A model generated the notes under the pieces. It saw nothing but the letters and a program-made list of their open reading frames with translations. It was not told the origin of the DNA and did not search any database. DNA of 64,000 nucleotides. Source: Lachnospiraceae bacterium (GTDB taxonomy: Bacteria; Bacillota; Clostridia; Lachnospirales; Lachnospiraceae). Made by a program: the position numbers and the translations under genes. The stretch covers positions 7,385 through 71,384 of the forward strand of contig JAIKVW010000020.1 in assembly GCA_024685315.1 (NCBI GenBank), written 5' to 3'. Of this stretch, positions 52,410 through 60,497 are shown piece after piece; the first letter of the stretch is position 1, and every line of letters starts with the position of its first letter.

Positions 52410-54278
52410 TCATTCCACTGTAACGCTCTTCGCGAGGTTCCTCGGCTTATCCGGGTCAAGGCCTTTCGCGATGCTGATGTAGAATCCGAGGAGCTGCAGC
52501 GGTATCAGCGCAAGGCTGCCCATGAAAGGCTGCGCGGTCTCCGGAACATACATGGTGAAATCAGCGGTCTCCTCGATGCCGCTGTTCCCTCTTCCGGTCA
52601 GAGCCGCAATGTAGGCTCCCCTGGCCTTGCATTCGATCAGGTTGCTCAGGGTCTTTTCATACAGGTCCTTCTGCGTCAGGATCCCGATGACCAGGGTCCC
52701 CTTCTCCAGAAGGCTGATCGTCCCGTGCTTCAGCTCGCCTGCCGCGTAGGCCTCGGAATGGATATATGAAACTTCCTTCACCTTAAGGCTCCCTTCCATG
52801 GAGACCGCGTAGTCGATGCCCCTGCCGATCAGGAAAGCCTCCTTCGCGTTCGAGAATTTAGAAGCCAGCCACTGTATCTTCGTCTTGTCCGACAGGATCT
52901 CCTCGATCTTTTCAGGGATCTGCCTTATCTCCTCAAGGTATTCCCTGCAGCGCTCACGGTCCATACGCCCCTTTCCGGACCCGATCCAGAGCGCAAGCAG
53001 ATAGAGTACGATGACCTGCGCGCTGAAAGCCTTCGTCGTAGCCACCGCGATCTCCGGTCCCGCGGGCGTGCGGAGGGTATAGTCGGACTCCCTTGCGATG
53101 GAGCTCCCGGAAACATTTACGATGGACAGGGTCTTAAGCACCTGCTCCTTTGCCTTCCGGAGCGCCGCAAGGCTGTCCGCGGTCTCGCCCGACTGGGAAA
53201 TGACGATCGCGAGGCTGTTCTTCTCGAGAGGCACCGCCCTGTACCTGAACTCCGATGCCATTTCCACCCGCACCGGGATCCCCGCAAGCTCTTCAAAAAC
53301 ATATTGCGAAAGCACCGCCGCGTGATAGGCGGACCCGCAGGCAAATATGTACAGCCGCTCGACATTTTTCGCGTCATCGGGAAGCAGCCCCTCCGCGGAG
53401 AAATCCACCTCCCCGTCAGGCGTAAACGCGCTTATCGTATCCCTGACCGCCTTCGGCTGCTCGTAGATCTCCTTCAGCATGAAGAACTCGTAGCCGCCTT
53501 TTTCCGCCGAATCAGCCGAATATTCGGCAATCTGCGGGGTCTTGGGCACTATGTCCCCATTAAGGTCGTAGAATATCGCCTGCCCCGGTATCAGCCTGGC
53601 CATCTCCAGATTCTCAGCATAATAAATGCTCTGCGTATATTTCAGGATCGCGGGAATGTCCGAGGCAACGAAGGTCTCGTCCTCGGTGACGCCGATGATC
53701 ATCGGGGAATCCTTCCTCGCGGTGTAGATCTCTCCCGGGTAATCCGCAAACATCACCGCCAGGGCGTAGGACCCCTGCACGCGCACCATGGTCTTTGCCA
53801 GCGCGTCGATCGGCCCGACCTTGTATTTTTTGTAATAGTAATCTACGAGCTTTACCAGCACCTCGGTGTCGGTATCGCTGTAGAAGCGGTACCCGTGCCG
53901 CAGCAGCTTAATGCGGAGCTCCTGGTAATTCTCAATGATTCCGTTGTGGACCCCGGTGACCTGGGGCACCACCGCCGCCCCGGAATGCTCCTCCTCATTA
54001 AGGCTGATATGCGGGTGCGCGTTGGTCTGTGTCGGCTCGCCGTGGGTCGCCCACCTGGTATGTCCGAGCCCGCAGGTACCCTCGAGGCTGCTGCCGTTCT
54101 GCGTCATCTCAGCCAGGTTCTTCAGCTTCCCCGCCGCTTTTACGATGCGGACGTCTCCGCTATCGTCCCTGACAGCGATGCCTGCGGAATCGTAACCGCG
54201 GTACTCAAGTCTCGATAATCCGTCAAGTATGACCGGGCCGGCCTGCTTCTTCCCAACATATCCCATTATGCCGCACAT
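52410..54278 (-). CDS. glmS: Glutamine--fructose-6-phosphate aminotransferase
   Basis: 622-aa ORF. MCGIMGYVG N-terminal nucleophile, two SIS domains and C-terminal KSVTVE. Confidence 0.95.
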   Translation of the reverse strand: MCGIMGYVGKKQAGPVILDGLSRLEYRGYDSAGIAVRDDSGDVRIVKAAGKLKNLAEMTQNGSSLEGTCGLGHTRWATHGEPTQTNAHPHISLNEEEHSGAAVVPQVTGVHNGIIENYQELRIKLLRHGYRFYSDTDTEVLVKLVDYYYKKYKVGPIDALAKTMVRVQGSYALAVMFADYPGEIYTARKDSPMIIGVTEDETFVASDIPAILKYTQSIYYAENLEMARLIPGQAIFYDLNGDIVPKTPQIAEYSADSAEKGGYEFFMLKEIYEQPKAVRDTISAFTPDGEVDFSAEGLLPDDAKNVERLYIFACGSAYHAAVLSQYVFEELAGIPVRVEMASEFRYRAVPLEKNSLAIVISQSGETADSLAALRKAKEQVLKTLSIVNVSGSSIARESDYTLRTPAGPEIAVATTKAFSAQVIVLYLLALWIGSGKGRMDRERCREYLEEIRQIPEKIEEILSDKTKIQWLASKFSNAKEAFLIGRGIDYAVSMEGSLKVKEVSYIHSEAYAAGELKHGTISLLEKGTLVIGILTQKDLYEKTLSNLIECKARGAYIAALTGRGNSGIEETADFTMYVPETAQPFMGSLALIPLQLLGFYISIAKGLDPDKPRNLAKSVTVE

Positions 54279-54300
54279 GATATCGCCCTCCTTCTTCCGT

Positions 54301-54349
54301 AAAAACAGTTAAAGGGCGCACTGAAGAAACCTTCCTCAAAAGCGCCCTT
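54301..54349 (-). terminator. Hairpin plus T-run after the sigma-54 activator gene (lies in the glmS leader)
   Basis: The minus strand reads AAGGGCGC, a 22-nt loop, GCGCCCTT, then TAACTGTTTTT. A diverged copy of the same hairpin follows the chimeric remnant at about 45640-45700. Confidence 0.4.
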
Positions 54350-54396
54350 GCTTTTTATATATCTATTTTACACATGCATCTCTGCTTGTCAAATAT

Positions 54397-55734
54397 CTAT
54401 TTTTCCGCTGCTAATTTGCTGTAAAGGGAAGAGAGCGATATGCCCAGCGCCCCGGCCGCGGCCTTTTTCCCTTTGGTGTCGTGGCCGAACTGGTCAAGAG
54501 CCCTCTGGATCTCATTCCTCTCGAACTCCCTGACGAGCTCCGAAAGCTCTTTTACGGGATAGTCCTGATCATCCTCCGAGTACATCTGTCGAGGCAGACA
54601 TGAGACATCGATGCAGCCGTCGTTAGACATCATTGCCGCGTACTCGACGCAGTTCCTGAGTTCACGGATATTGCCCGGCCAGCTGTACCGCCTGAAAGCA
54701 TCAATGACCTCATCAGAAAAACTGTACTCGCGCTTATTCCTCTCCTCGGCACGCTTGACGAAATGATAGCAAAGGATAGGGATATCTTCCATCCTCTCCC
54801 GCAGGGCCGGAACACTGATCGGGACCACGGCTATCCTGTAGAAGAGATCCCTTCTGAATTTTTTCTCATCAATGTATTTCATCAGGTCGACGTTGCAGGC
54901 GGAAATGATCCTGACATCGGTCTCGATCTCTTTGGTGCCGCCGATCCTTCTGAACCTGTTCTCCTGGAGGACGCGGAGGAGCTTTGCCTGAAGCTCCATA
55001 TCCATCTCGGATATTTCGTCAAGGAACAGGGTCCCGCCTTTGGCGGTCTCGAACAGGCCGGGCTTGCCGCCTTTCCTGGCGCCGGTAAACGCCCCCTCCT
55101 CATAGCCGAACATCTCGCTCTCGAGCATGGTCTTACTGAGCGCAGCGCAGTTTATCGCTACGAACGGGCCGGCCCTCCTGCTGCTCTCGTTATGTATGGA
55201 CTGGGCAAAGAGCTCCTTTCCTGTACCGCTCTCGCCCTGAAGAAGGATGTTCGTATCATGCTTTGCCACCCTCTTCGCGAGAGTCATCGTATCAAGAAGC
55301 CTGCGCGAACTGCCAACTATGCTGCTGAAGCTGTACCGGGTACCGTTGGTGAGGTTCAGCCTGACCTTAAGGGCCTCTTCTTCACGGTTCAGCTGCTCCA
55401 TTCTTTCCTTGAGATAAGATACCATCTCGACTTCAGTCACGACTGAGACCGTACCGACGACTCGCCCATCCTCCATGATCGGATAAATGTCCGCGAAATA
55501 GTCCCTGCCCCTTTCCTTCCTGAGCGCAGATACGATCTTCTCCCCGGTCTCGAGCACCTTTGGGGCAACGGCTCCCGGCCGAAGCTCAACAAGCTTTTTT
55601 CCTATGGCTTCACTCCTGGGCACTCCTATAAAATCAGCATAGCTGTCATTACAATAAGCGATCCTGGCCTCTTCGTCGCAGATAAGAATTCCCTGCTCTA
55701 TCGCATCGTAAATGGCCTTGTCCCTGATCTGCAT
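54397..55734 (-). CDS. Sigma-54-dependent transcriptional activator (PAS sensor, AAA+ domain, Fis-type HTH)
   Basis: Walker A LLQGESGTGKE, GAFTGA motif (EEGAFTGARKGG), RRYSWPGNIRELRN and a C-terminal HTH. Start set at ATG 55732-55734 (MQIRDKAIYDAIEQGILICDE), 5 nt after GGAGG. The longer track ORF runs through a big hairpin. Confidence 0.85.
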   Translation of the reverse strand: MQIRDKAIYDAIEQGILICDEEARIAYCNDSYADFIGVPRSEAIGKKLVELRPGAVAPKVLETGEKIVSALRKERGRDYFADIYPIMEDGRVVGTVSVVTEVEMVSYLKERMEQLNREEEALKVRLNLTNGTRYSFSSIVGSSRRLLDTMTLAKRVAKHDTNILLQGESGTGKELFAQSIHNESSRRAGPFVAINCAALSKTMLESEMFGYEEGAFTGARKGGKPGLFETAKGGTLFLDEISEMDMELQAKLLRVLQENRFRRIGGTKEIETDVRIISACNVDLMKYIDEKKFRRDLFYRIAVVPISVPALRERMEDIPILCYHFVKRAEERNKREYSFSDEVIDAFRRYSWPGNIRELRNCVEYAAMMSNDGCIDVSCLPRQMYSEDDQDYPVKELSELVREFERNEIQRALDQFGHDTKGKKAAAGALGISLSSLYSKLAAEK

Positions 55735-55860
55735 CCTGTCCTCCAAAAACATCCCGGCTGCCGTCCTGTACCATGCCGGAAAGCTCGCTGCGGCTCCGCT
55801 TTCAGCCATGCCGACAGACTCGCGACCTTCGGTCTCTCGTTGTCGCGGCATTCGCCGTAT

Positions 55861-55923
55861 AGGTCCTGTCTGACATCAGCCTCTTCCGAGCCAGCTCGCT
55901 GCGGCTGATGTCAGACAGGACCT
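55861..55923. repeat. Perfect 20-bp inverted repeat with 23-nt spacer
   Basis: AGGTCCTGTCTGACATCAGC (55861-55880) pairs with GCTGATGTCAGACAGGACCT (55904-55923). The loop contains AGCTCGCTGCGGCT, which also occurs at about 55783-55796. Confidence 0.8.
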
Positions 55924-55953
55924 GCATGGCTCATTGCTGCGCGCAAATCATGA

Positions 55954-55977
55954 AAGCCGGATACTATCATCCGGCTT
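55954..55977 (-). terminator. Small hairpin after the DUF4387 gene
   Basis: The minus strand reads AAGCCGGAT, loop GATAGT, ATCCGGCTT, then TCATGATTT. The T tract is weak. Confidence 0.35.
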
Positions 55978-56008
55978 CCTGATAACTGCTATTAATATTT
56001 TATCACCC

Positions 56009-56314
56009 TTAAATTTCCATATCAAGGAGATATGAAGAGAATCCTTTTCCGTGCATGTCAACGGAGAGTGAACGTGTAACGCCGCCGCCCAGGGCTGCCT
56101 GCATAACGAAGTTCAGTCCGCAGATGTTCGGAAGCTCATATCTAACGACATCGCCCTTGACCATGCCCTTGAAATGCTCTTTTACTCTCTCGGGAGTAAC
56201 CTTTTCCTTCAGCATCTCGAAATCTGCAGGATCATAAGCAATAAGTGATAAGTTTGAAATATTTCCCTTGTCGCCTGTACGGGAATGTGCAACCTCATAT
56301 AATTTCATGATCAA
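56009..56314 (-). CDS. DUF4387 (AtuA-associated ferredoxin-like) protein
   Basis: 101-aa ORF. YEVAHSRTGDKGNISNLSLIAYD signature. It always sits beside DUF1446 genes as far as I recall. Confidence 0.75.
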   Translation of the reverse strand: MIMKLYEVAHSRTGDKGNISNLSLIAYDPADFEMLKEKVTPERVKEHFKGMVKGDVVRYELPNICGLNFVMQAALGGGVTRSLSVDMHGKGFSSYLLDMEI

Positions 56315-56326
56315 ATACCCCCTAAA

Positions 56327-57673
56327 TTATACCGTGAAAATCTCAACTTCAGGCTTAACATCGTTCCTGTCAACAAGAATGGATGCAACAGATACGATCT
56401 CTCTGGTGCGCTTAACTGCTCCGCATCCGCCTGCAGGGCCGTTGGTGTAAAGCGCCTCTACCTCGTTCGGTACCAGGTCTGCGATTGCCTTGGTGGAAGC
56501 ACGGCCGGCAACACGTACGCGGACCTCTGAAGGCTCTTCGTTGTACTTGTAATCAGGATTCCAGTAGAGGCTGTTGCAGCCGATGATGTCATATTTCATC
56601 TCATCGAACTGACCGGGAGCGACAAGCTCAAGTCTCTCTTTAAGGATCTCAAGGGCAAGCTTTGCTCTCTCAAGGCATCCGGGGCCGCCGTAGCTGATCT
56701 CGCCGTCGCCGATGAAGCAATCCTTGTAGCCGATGGAGCACTTGAAGGTATCGGTCTTTGCCTTACCGGTTGCGCCTTCAACCTTGACATAATCCTTAGC
56801 GGTCTCGGTGAACTTGACCTGCTTGAAGTTAGCAACAACGTCAGGTGTGAAATAATTCTCGGGATCATGGATCTCATAGATGATCTGCTCGGAAAGGGTG
56901 GACGGAGTTACGATACCGCCTGCGCCTTCAACCTTGGTGATAGCGAAGGAACCGTCTTCATTGACCTCAGCGATCGGGAATCCAAGATGTCCTACGCCGG
57001 GAACGTCCTTCTTGCCGGGCTCTACATAGTAGCCGCCGGTAGCCTGTCCGCCGCACTCAAGGAGATGTCCGACCATGGTGCCCTTGCCGAGCTTGTCCCA
57101 GTCTTCCATATCCCAGCCGAACTCGTAGATGCAGGGAGCCATGAAGATAGCCGGATCGGATACACGGCCGGTGATGACTACGTCAGCGCCCTGCTCGAGA
57201 GCCTTGATGATGCCCTCAACGCCCATGTAAGCGTTAGCGGAAACGATCTTGCCGGGAAGCTTTGCCAGAGGCTCATGGGTCTCCCAGACCTCAACGTCCA
57301 TGTACTTATCAATAACCGGAAGAAGGTCATCGCCGGTAACGCAGGCGATCTTCATGCCGGTAAGTCCGTGCTTCTGAGCGATCTCAACGCACTTCTTAGC
57401 AGCTGCAACAGGGTTTGCGCTTCCCATGTTGGTGATGAGCTTTACCTTGTGCTCCCAGCAAAGAGGGAGAGCCTTTTCCATACGGTACTCAAGAAGTCCG
57501 TTGTATCCCTTGTTAGGATCCTTAAGCTTTGCTTCCTGGCCGATAGCGATGGTACGCTCTGCGAGGCACTCGTAGCTGATATAGTCAAGGTTTCCTTTCT
57601 CAATGAGTTCAAGCGAAGGTTCAAGGCGGTCGCCGGCGTATCCGGCACCGGAGCCTATTCTGATTGTTTTCAT
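56327..57673 (-). CDS. DUF1446 / AtuA-family protein (function unknown)
   Basis: 448-aa ORF. MKTIRIGSGAGYAGDRLEPSLELIEKGNLDYISYECLAERTIA start typical of the AtuA family. Confidence 0.8.
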   Translation of the reverse strand: MKTIRIGSGAGYAGDRLEPSLELIEKGNLDYISYECLAERTIAIGQEAKLKDPNKGYNGLLEYRMEKALPLCWEHKVKLITNMGSANPVAAAKKCVEIAQKHGLTGMKIACVTGDDLLPVIDKYMDVEVWETHEPLAKLPGKIVSANAYMGVEGIIKALEQGADVVITGRVSDPAIFMAPCIYEFGWDMEDWDKLGKGTMVGHLLECGGQATGGYYVEPGKKDVPGVGHLGFPIAEVNEDGSFAITKVEGAGGIVTPSTLSEQIIYEIHDPENYFTPDVVANFKQVKFTETAKDYVKVEGATGKAKTDTFKCSIGYKDCFIGDGEISYGGPGCLERAKLALEILKERLELVAPGQFDEMKYDIIGCNSLYWNPDYKYNEEPSEVRVRVAGRASTKAIADLVPNEVEALYTNGPAGGCGAVKRTREIVSVASILVDRNDVKPEVEIFTV

Positions 57674-57723
57674 GTTTTTTTCCTTTCCTAAACTGTTCTA
57701 TGATTTGCCTATAGTTAAAGTTC

Positions 57724-59085
57724 TTAAATATGTACTGCTCCGGTAACGATAGCTACTGCAAGCATTACAAGTGATACAAGCCATGCAAGCGGAAGAGTCT
57801 TCTTCTGATGCTCGCCAAGGTCAACGCCTGCAAGACCGATGAGCAGGAATGTTGAAGCGGTAAGAGGAGAGATCGGGAAGCCGACTGTCATCTGGCCGAG
57901 GATAGCTGCACGGCCGATATCGGAAGCAACTACGCCGAAGCCGGTAGCGGTCTCTGCAAGTACCGGAAGAACTCCATAGTAGAAGGAGTCAGGATCGAAG
58001 AGCAGGGATGCAGGGCATGCGATAACGCCAACGATGAGCGGGAAGAACTTGCCGAGCGCTGCAGGGATAATGGATACAAGTGCCTGAGACATAGCGGTGA
58101 TCATTCCGGTGCCCTTCATGATACCGGTGAAGCAGCCTGCTGCGAAAAGCACTGAGCACATCATGAGGCAGCTCTTTGCATGAGCGTCGACCCTTGCCTT
58201 GGAGTCTGCTACCTTCGGATAGTTGATGAGTGTTGCAAGTACGTAGAATACCATGAAGATGACTGCCGGAGCGAAACCAGACTTAAGCAGGCAAACGATT
58301 GCGGCAATGATCAGGATGATGTTGATAACGAAGTTCTTGGGTCTGAGAAGAGCTGCCTCAGCTTCGCTGAGCTCAGGCTCTACATACTCGGAAACCATTG
58401 CTCCGCTCTCGGTAAGGTGCTTTTTCTCGGATCTTCCGAGCATAACTGCGATAACGACTACACATACAAGACCTGCGATAACTGCAGGAAGGTCAGCCAT
58501 GAAGAAGGAAACAACGTTTGCCTCTCCAAGTGCGGTAGCTGCTCTGATCGTAGGACCGCCCCAAGGCAGGATGTTCATAACGCCGGCCGAGAGAGCTACT
58601 ATCGTGGCGAGTGTCGTCCTCCTCATTCCAAGTGCGTCATACAGAGGCAGAAGCGCGGGTACGCAGATAAGGAATGTAACAGCGCCTGATCCATCGAGGT
58701 GAACGATTGCTGCAAGGAAAGCGGTTCCAAGGCAGATCTTCACGGGATCGGTTCCAACGATCTGAAGGATCTTTTTAATGATTGGTCTGAAGGTACCTGC
58801 ATCTGTCAGGATCCCGAAGAACAGGATCGAGAAGATGAACATAACGCCGGTAGCTGCAACGGATCCGATTCCTGATGATCCGGTAATGAAGCCGCCGAGC
58901 TTTTTGAAGTTCGCAAATGCATTGATAACGCCGGGAGCGTTTTCAGCATCAGTTACAAAGAAGAAGCAAGAAATGATGCCCGTGATTACGGGAACGATGA
59001 TAAGTGCTACCAGCGGTGATAATTTCTTTGTCATTATCAGCACCAGCATGGCAATGACTGTCAGAAAGCCAAGAACTGCTAACAT
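57724..59085 (-). CDS. CitMHS-family organic-anion (citrate/tricarboxylate-type) transporter
   Basis: 453-aa polytopic ORF. N-terminus LGFLTVIAMLVLIMTKKLSPLVALIIVPV typical of the CitMHS family. AAGGGAGG RBS. Confidence 0.8.
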   Translation of the reverse strand: MLAVLGFLTVIAMLVLIMTKKLSPLVALIIVPVITGIISCFFFVTDAENAPGVINAFANFKKLGGFITGSSGIGSVAATGVMFIFSILFFGILTDAGTFRPIIKKILQIVGTDPVKICLGTAFLAAIVHLDGSGAVTFLICVPALLPLYDALGMRRTTLATIVALSAGVMNILPWGGPTIRAATALGEANVVSFFMADLPAVIAGLVCVVVIAVMLGRSEKKHLTESGAMVSEYVEPELSEAEAALLRPKNFVINIILIIAAIVCLLKSGFAPAVIFMVFYVLATLINYPKVADSKARVDAHAKSCLMMCSVLFAAGCFTGIMKGTGMITAMSQALVSIIPAALGKFFPLIVGVIACPASLLFDPDSFYYGVLPVLAETATGFGVVASDIGRAAILGQMTVGFPISPLTASTFLLIGLAGVDLGEHQKKTLPLAWLVSLVMLAVAIVTGAVHI

Positions 59086-59130
59086 TTTTTTCCTCCCTTA
59101 AAAATATTTTATGTTGCAGCAATATAATGA

Positions 59131-59145
59131 GCAAGCACCGTGCCA
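59131..59145 (-). promoter_or_regulatory. Sigma-54 (-24/-12) promoter of the CitMHS/DUF1446/DUF4387 operon
   Basis: The minus strand reads TTGGCACGGTGCTTGCT, which is TGGCAC-N5-TTGC and an exact match to the core consensus. It lies about 45 nt upstream of the ATG. Confidence 0.75.
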
Positions 59146-59196
59146 AAAAATAAAAAATCCCGGAAAGCCCTGTTTTTAAAGGTTTTCGGGATTTTT
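59145..59196 (-). terminator. Hairpin with flanking T-runs insulating the sigma-54 promoter from the upstream GAF gene
   Basis: 59153-59166 pairs with 59183-59196 (core AATCCCG/CGGGATT). On the minus strand it is followed by TATTTTTT, running into the -24 element. Confidence 0.45.
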
Positions 59197-59298
59197 CGTT
59201 TTGAAACGGTTTTTCCAATATTCTGGACTTTATTGTTAAAATTTTGTCGATTTGAACGTTCTAACCAAGCCGGAAAGCCGAATATATGCGGTGTTTTA

Positions 59299-59343
59299 GC
59301 TATTCCAGAAATCTGGAACAGCATTCCGAATTTCTGGAATAGC
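59299..59343. promoter_or_regulatory. Candidate upstream activator sequence (enhancer) for the sigma-54 activator
   Basis: GCTATTCCAGAAAT (59299-59312) and ATTTCTGGAATAGC (59330-59343) form a perfect 14-nt inverted repeat with a 17-nt spacer. The spacer contains further TCTGGAA / TTCCGAA half-sites. It sits about 155 nt upstream of the -24 element. Confidence 0.5.
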
Positions 59344-59370
59344 TTTCTTTAACGAAGCGCAGGCGGAGGG

Positions 59371-59820
59371 TCAGCAAATAATTTGTTCCAGCATCTTTAC
59401 CAGCTCCTCCAGCCCCTGCCGGTCCTCCTCACTGAAACGCTCTCTCACCGGGCTGTCGATGTCAAAGACCCCCCAGACCTTTCCGCCGCGGTGCACCGGG
59501 ATCACGATCTCCGACTCCGAGGCGCTGTCGCAGGCAATATGCCCGGCAAATTCATGAACGTTCGCGACCACAAGAGTCCTGTCCTGTTCCGCGGCGGTCC
59601 CGCAGACGCCCTTCCCCATCGGGATCGCCACGCACGCAGGCCTTCCCTGGAAGGGCCCCAGGACCAGCTTGTCCTCTTCCATAATGTAGAAGCCCGCCCA
59701 GTTAACTTCATCGAGCGATTCGTAAATAAGCGCGGAAATATTAGCGAGATTCGCGGTCAGGTACGGCACGCCCTCGGTCAACGCCTCCGCCTGTTTTATT
59801 AATAATGAATAATCAGTCAA
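59371..59820 (-). CDS. GAF-domain protein, free methionine-(R)-sulfoxide reductase-like
   Basis: 149-aa ORF (TTG start overlapping the upstream stop). [45 protein letters not shown] blocks. Confidence 0.8.
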   Translation of the reverse strand: MTDYSLLIKQAEALTEGVPYLTANLANISALIYESLDEVNWAGFYIMEEDKLVLGPFQGRPACVAIPMGKGVCGTAAEQDRTLVVANVHEFAGHIACDSASESEIVIPVHRGGKVWGVFDIDSPVRERFSEEDRQGLEELVKMLEQIIC

Positions 59821-60497
59821 CTCCTGTCCTCCGTTCTGTTCAAAGCCTCCTCGTAGGCCGCGTAGGTCCTGCTGTCAAAAAGCACCCACTCCACGAGATC
59901 AAGCTCTCCCGGATGTTCATCGATAAAGCGGCTGACCTCGCTGAGTGCGGTCCCGGCCGCCTTGTCAAGGGGATATCCGAAGACTCCGGTAGCGATCGAG
60001 GGAAAAGCTACCCTGCGCAGGCCCTTGTCCACGGCGAGCTGCAGAGAATTCCTGTAGCATGAGGCAAGGAGCTCTTCCTCGCCTGCGCTTCCCCCGCGCC
60101 AGATCGGTCCGACCGTGTGGATCACATATCTGCAGGGAAGCTCGTATGCCCCTGTGATCCTGGCCTCCCCGGTCGGGCAGCCGTGCAGTTTCCTGCATTC
60201 CTCGAGGAGCTTCGGCCCCGCGGCGCGGTGGATCACTCCGTCTACTCCGCCCCCGCCGAGCAGGCTCTCATTCGCGGCATTTACGATCGCGTCAACGTCA
60301 GATATTTTTGTGATATCGCCCTGGACCAGGCGCATTTCCGCCCGCGGCGCGGCCTGCTTTGAAAACTCGGAGCGAAGTTCCATGAGGGCCAGTCCAAGCA
60401 GCCCCTGTCCCGGCCATTTGGTCACGGGAGTTGTCTCCGCGCTCTCAGCGTCCAGGCCGATCCCCCAGATCTTGTTTTTTGGGGCTCGCCTCCGCAA
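59817..60497 (-). CDS. C-terminal part of a frameshifted ARH-NADAR-Macro gene: end of the NADAR domain plus a complete MacroD/YmdB-type macrodomain
   Basis: The ORF begins (TTG) inside the NADAR motif: [11 protein letters not shown]...[15 protein letters not shown]. The macrodomain follows: [35 protein letters not shown]...VIHTVGP...[14 protein letters not shown]. Confidence 0.8.
   Translation of the reverse strand: MRRRAPKNKIWGIGLDAESAETTPVTKWPGQGLLGLALMELRSEFSKQAAPRAEMRLVQGDITKISDVDAIVNAANESLLGGGGVDGVIHRAAGPKLLEECRKLHGCPTGEARITGAYELPCRYVIHTVGPIWRGGSAGEEELLASCYRNSLQLAVDKGLRRVAFPSIATGVFGYPLDKAAGTALSEVSRFIDEHPGELDLVEWVLFDSRTYAAYEEALNRTEDRS

Noticed and set aside
53304-54218. 304-aa + strand ORF
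   Set aside because: Antisense to glmS. Shadow ORF.
54365-54392. Sigma-70-like promoter TTGACA-N16-TAAAAT (minus strand) upstream of glmS
   Set aside because: The motif is good, but it lies upstream of the terminator-like hairpin (54301-54349), so transcripts from it would meet that hairpin first. It may be real (a leader attenuator) or fortuitous in A/T-rich sequence. I did not list it as a feature.
54279-54396. Possible glmS ribozyme upstream of glmS
   Set aside because: Only about 118 nt separate the activator stop and the glmS ATG, which is too short for the ribozyme of about 170 nt. I could not find its conserved core. The interval is explained by a terminator-like hairpin. An Infernal scan would settle it.
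56867-57691. 274-aa + strand ORF
   Set aside because: Antisense to the DUF1446 gene. Shadow ORF.
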